The notes under the pieces are model-generated. The model did not search any database and had not been told where the DNA came from. It saw nothing but the letters and a program-made list of their open reading frames with translations. Shown here piece by piece: positions 5,990 to 7,691 of a DNA stretch of 7,691 bases. Within the stretch, counting starts at the first letter, position 1. Every line of letters begins with the position of its first letter. Source of the DNA: an uncultured archaeon (lineage in GTDB: Archaea > Iainarchaeota > Iainarchaeia > Iainarchaeales > CSSED10-239). A program made the position numbers and the translations under genes. The stretch spans positions 1-7,691 of the forward strand of contig CAYXAY010000035.1 of the NCBI GenBank assembly GCA_964463155.1, read 5' to 3'.

Positions 5990-6593
5990 TTTTTTCTTTT
6001 ATTTCTAACCCTTGTTTTGAAAACAAATCAAACATTTCTGGTCTTAGATCAGAGGCTTGTTTTATTGTCAAATGGGTTTTGTTATTAATAAGTACTAGAT
6101 TGTAGTTTATTAACTCGTTTATTTTTTGCGGTTCTTTTTTTGCTAAACGATTATAATTTTTTATCTTTTAAAGAATTGATCTTTTAATAATTGAGTTTCT
6201 CACAAACTGGTTTTGCTTTTTTGTTTCTGAGATTAGTTCTTTTAATATCCCTCTCGTATATCCTGCAATATCGAATTTCTTGTGATCATCCATTCCTTCT
6301 AGATAGGTTGCTAAAAGTTTTTATTCTATGTATTCTACGATTTGCTTTTTAGTTTTGTGGTTTAGGCTAGCAAGTTCGTTTTTAGAATCTATGTTTTTAT
6401 ATACTTGTTTTGCAGGTTTGCGAATCTCTGACTTTACTTTGTTTAAGTTAGCATATCTTTCTTGAATCTCTTTTTCGTTCTTTAGGGCTTATATCTTTCT
6501 TATTGTAGAGGCAACTTTTCTAAAGATTTGTGTGTTTTTTTCCGGAAGATAGATCATTGGGTTTCTGTTTGTGTGTATCTTTATCTTTGGCAT
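5973..6593 (-). pseudogene. Third gene of the rps8e operon: 206-codon Lys-rich frame interrupted by three in-frame TAA codons (pseudogene, or readthrough candidate); possible C-terminal HTH
   Basis: ATG 6593-6591 lies 5 nt after the archaeosortase TGA. It is preceded by AGGTGA (6604-6599), which matches the archaeal SD. In-frame TAA codons are at 6491-6489 (codon 35), 6323-6321 (codon 91) and 6170-6168 (codon 142). There are no other stops or frameshifts before the terminal TAA at 5975-5973. Translation, verified line by line: MPKIKIHTNRNPMIYLPEKNTQIFRKVASTIRKI*ALKNEKEIQERYANLNKVKSEIRKPAKQVYKNIDSKNELASLNHKTKKQIVEYIE*KLLATYLEGMDDHKKFDIAGYTRGILKELISETKKQNQFVRNSIIKRSIL*KIKNYNRLAKKEPQKINELINYNLVLINNKTHLTIKQASDLRPEMFDLFSKQGLEIKEKIICSL*. 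The 55-codon second segment contains no ATG, GTG or TTG, so it cannot be an independent ORF. Confidence 0.6.
5990..6004 (+). terminator. Oligo-T tract (T6-C-T4-A-T3) immediately after the 128-aa gene stop
   Basis: Read directly from the sequence. This is the archaeal oligo-T termination type. Confidence 0.4.
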
Positions 6594-6598
6594 CTTTT

Positions 6599-7153
6599 TC
6601 ACCTTGTGTTTATCCTAAACCAAAAGTAATAGATTCCTATAACTATTATTACCAAAAATGTTCTAAAAAGAAAACCATGAATGAAATTTGCAAAAGAAAT
6701 ATTGCCATTAATTATTATTAGAGAAGTTATAACTATTCTTGTCAAATTGAAAAAAACAATTATTGGCACTGAAATTAAAAAGCCAATAACTCTTTTGTTT
6801 ATTGCTATTCCTGCAGAAGAAAAGATTGCAGCAGACAATAGACAAAACTCTAATATCCCAGAACACATAAAGCTAATTATTATTGGTTCTTTTAGGCTTG
6901 GAACTAGAATTATTGATATCTTTGCTATGCTGTCAAAAGAAAAGTAATTTGCTATTCCAAACAAAGACAATATTTGGCTTGTTAATAAACCATAGAAGTA
7001 ATTAATGTAATTTGCTATCTGAGTTTTACCAAAAACAAGATAAAATACTGAGAAAAAAAAAATAAACAAAAAGAGGAAAAAAAGAACCTTTTGGTATTCT
7101 CTTTTGTCCTTTATGTCTTTTTTGAATTGTTTAAAAAAAGATTTTTTTTTCAT
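6599..7153 (-). CDS. Exosortase/archaeosortase-family integral membrane protein, minimal 184-aa form (subfamily not assignable from sequence alone)
   Basis: Track ORF. It is polytopic, with about 5-6 hydrophobic segments after a basic N-terminus. Cys97 sits in FMCSG (nt 6865-6863). Asn136-x-x-Arg139 sits in FFNLTRIV (Arg at nt 6739-6737). His159 is in FIHGF, and Arg180 is near the C-terminus. These correspond to the conserved Cys and Arg positions of the family. The Cys-to-Arg spacing is 42 residues, against 41 in Haloferax volcanii ArtA (Cys173/Arg214, recalled from memory). The start ATG overlaps the rps8e TGA stop. Confidence 0.75.
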   Translation of the reverse strand: MKKKSFFKQFKKDIKDKREYQKVLFFLFLFIFFFSVFYLVFGKTQIANYINYFYGLLTSQILSLFGIANYFSFDSIAKISIILVPSLKEPIIISFMCSGILEFCLLSAAIFSSAGIAINKRVIGFLISVPIIVFFNLTRIVITSLIIINGNISFANFIHGFLFRTFLVIIVIGIYYFWFRINTR

Positions 7154-7545
7154 TTAACTAGTACACCAGTAATTTGTCCTGATTGGCCTGGTCTTGATGT
7201 CACTCTTACTTTTGCCTCTTTTCCGTCAACATCAACTTTTAGGATTGCGCCTTTAGTTATTATCTTTTGTCTAACGAAATGTTTGTTTGCTGGGTTTTCT
7301 GTAACATCAATTACTTTTGCTTTTACTGTCTTGTTGCCTTGAGAGATTAGAACTGTTTGGGCATGAGAAATCTTTACTTTTCTTGTGCCGCCTACTTTTC
7401 TTGTCTTATATCTCTTGTCCTCTTTTGAGACAGACGTCTTTGAAAACTTTCCGCCTTTCTCGCTTAATGTCTTTGTCTTTGCATTAACTGCATTGTTTAT
7501 TCCACCGGTTTTCTTTCTTCTTGAAACTCTTTTCCATTCAACCAT
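7150..7545 (-). CDS. rps8e: 30S ribosomal protein S8e
   Basis: Track ORF of 131 aa. The N-terminal MVEWKRVSRRKKTGG matches the S8e signature (W-x-x-x-S-R-R-K-x-T-GG). The protein is basic and Lys/Arg-rich, and its C-terminal part resembles S8e (ITKGAILKVDVDGKEAKVRVTSRPGQSGQITGVLV). Length is typical of archaeal S8e. The stop is TGA at 7152-7150. Confidence 0.9.
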   Translation of the reverse strand: MVEWKRVSRRKKTGGINNAVNAKTKTLSEKGGKFSKTSVSKEDKRYKTRKVGGTRKVKISHAQTVLISQGNKTVKAKVIDVTENPANKHFVRQKIITKGAILKVDVDGKEAKVRVTSRPGQSGQITGVLVK

Positions 7546-7550
7546 TGTTT

Positions 7551-7555
7551 ATCAC
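7551..7555 (-). promoter_or_regulatory. SD-like GTGAT upstream of rps8e
   Basis: Plus-strand atcac reads GTGAT on the minus strand, part of the archaeal GGAGGTGATC SD consensus. The spacer to ATG 7545 is 5 nt. AT-rich TATA-like sequences lie further upstream (about 7571-7612), but I cannot pick one. Confidence 0.35.
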
Positions 7556-7691
7556 TTATTTTTTTAAAATTAGAAATATATCATAAATATATGTCTTATA
7601 TAATAAATATAATTATAGAAAACTATTTAAAAAGAACTAATCTGGATAGTAAAATATATGTATTAAACCCGAAGTCATCAAAGATTGACAA

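Noticed and set aside
5973-6593. Genome-wide reassignment of TAA to a sense codon as the explanation for the three in-frame TAAs
   Set aside because: TAA ends the 977-aa gene right after its TM-KKKK tail and before an oligo-T terminator. It also ends the 128-aa gene before an oligo-T tract, and it ends the transposase C-terminal fragment at the expected ...LTYNL terminus. Global recoding is therefore unlikely. Local readthrough or pseudogenisation remain possible.
6530-7567. Plus-strand track ORFs 6530-6721, 6681-6947, 7091-7342 and 7385-7567
   Set aside because: They are antisense shadows of the archaeosortase and rps8e genes and of the interrupted frame. The minus-strand products have recognisable family signatures.
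7621-7691. Possible end or start of another gene at the right window edge
   Set aside because: Only about 70 nt are available, two minus-strand frames are open to the edge, and nothing is recognisable. It is not callable.
1-7691. CRISPR arrays, tRNA/rRNA genes and other structured GC-rich RNA islands
   Set aside because: I saw no regularly spaced direct repeats and no GC-rich segment of 70-90 nt with cloverleaf potential. The only GC-dense spot is the short G6-CCGC at 5457-5466.

Overview
AT-rich (by eye about 30% GC, not computed) chromosomal fragment that looks archaeal. Support: a ribosomal protein S8e gene (an archaeal/eukaryotic family), an archaeosortase-family gene, TTTAWATA-type TATA boxes about 25 nt upstream of apparently leaderless starts, GGAG/GGTGA-type Shine-Dalgarno sites, and oligo-T tracts directly after stop codons. 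A small-genome lineage such as DPANN is plausible, but that is inference only. Left to right: (1) a secreted M6 (InhA-like) zinc metalloprotease on the minus strand (1534->1). It is absent from the ORF track because its C-terminus runs off the window. (2) A degraded, internally deleted IS/transposase remnant of about 0.7 kb (about 1722-2409). (3) A 977-aa secreted, sequon-rich modular surface protein (5398->2465) with a Sec signal peptide and a C-terminal motif/TM-helix/KKKK tail. (4) A divergent intergenic region with long homopolymer tracts and a 16-bp palindrome. (5) A 128-aa coiled-coil protein, the only plus-strand gene. (6) A minus-strand operon: rps8e, then a 184-aa archaeosortase-family protein (ATGA start/stop overlap), then a 206-codon frame with its own SD and ATG that is interrupted by exactly three in-frame TAA codons. 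I saw no tRNA, rRNA or CRISPR array. The best candidate for something new is the minimal archaeosortase paired with a large surface protein whose C-terminal sorting signal lacks the named PGF/PEF/VPXXXP motifs. The TAA-interrupted operon gene is the second item worth follow-up. All plus-strand track ORFs inside the big minus-strand genes look like antisense shadows.
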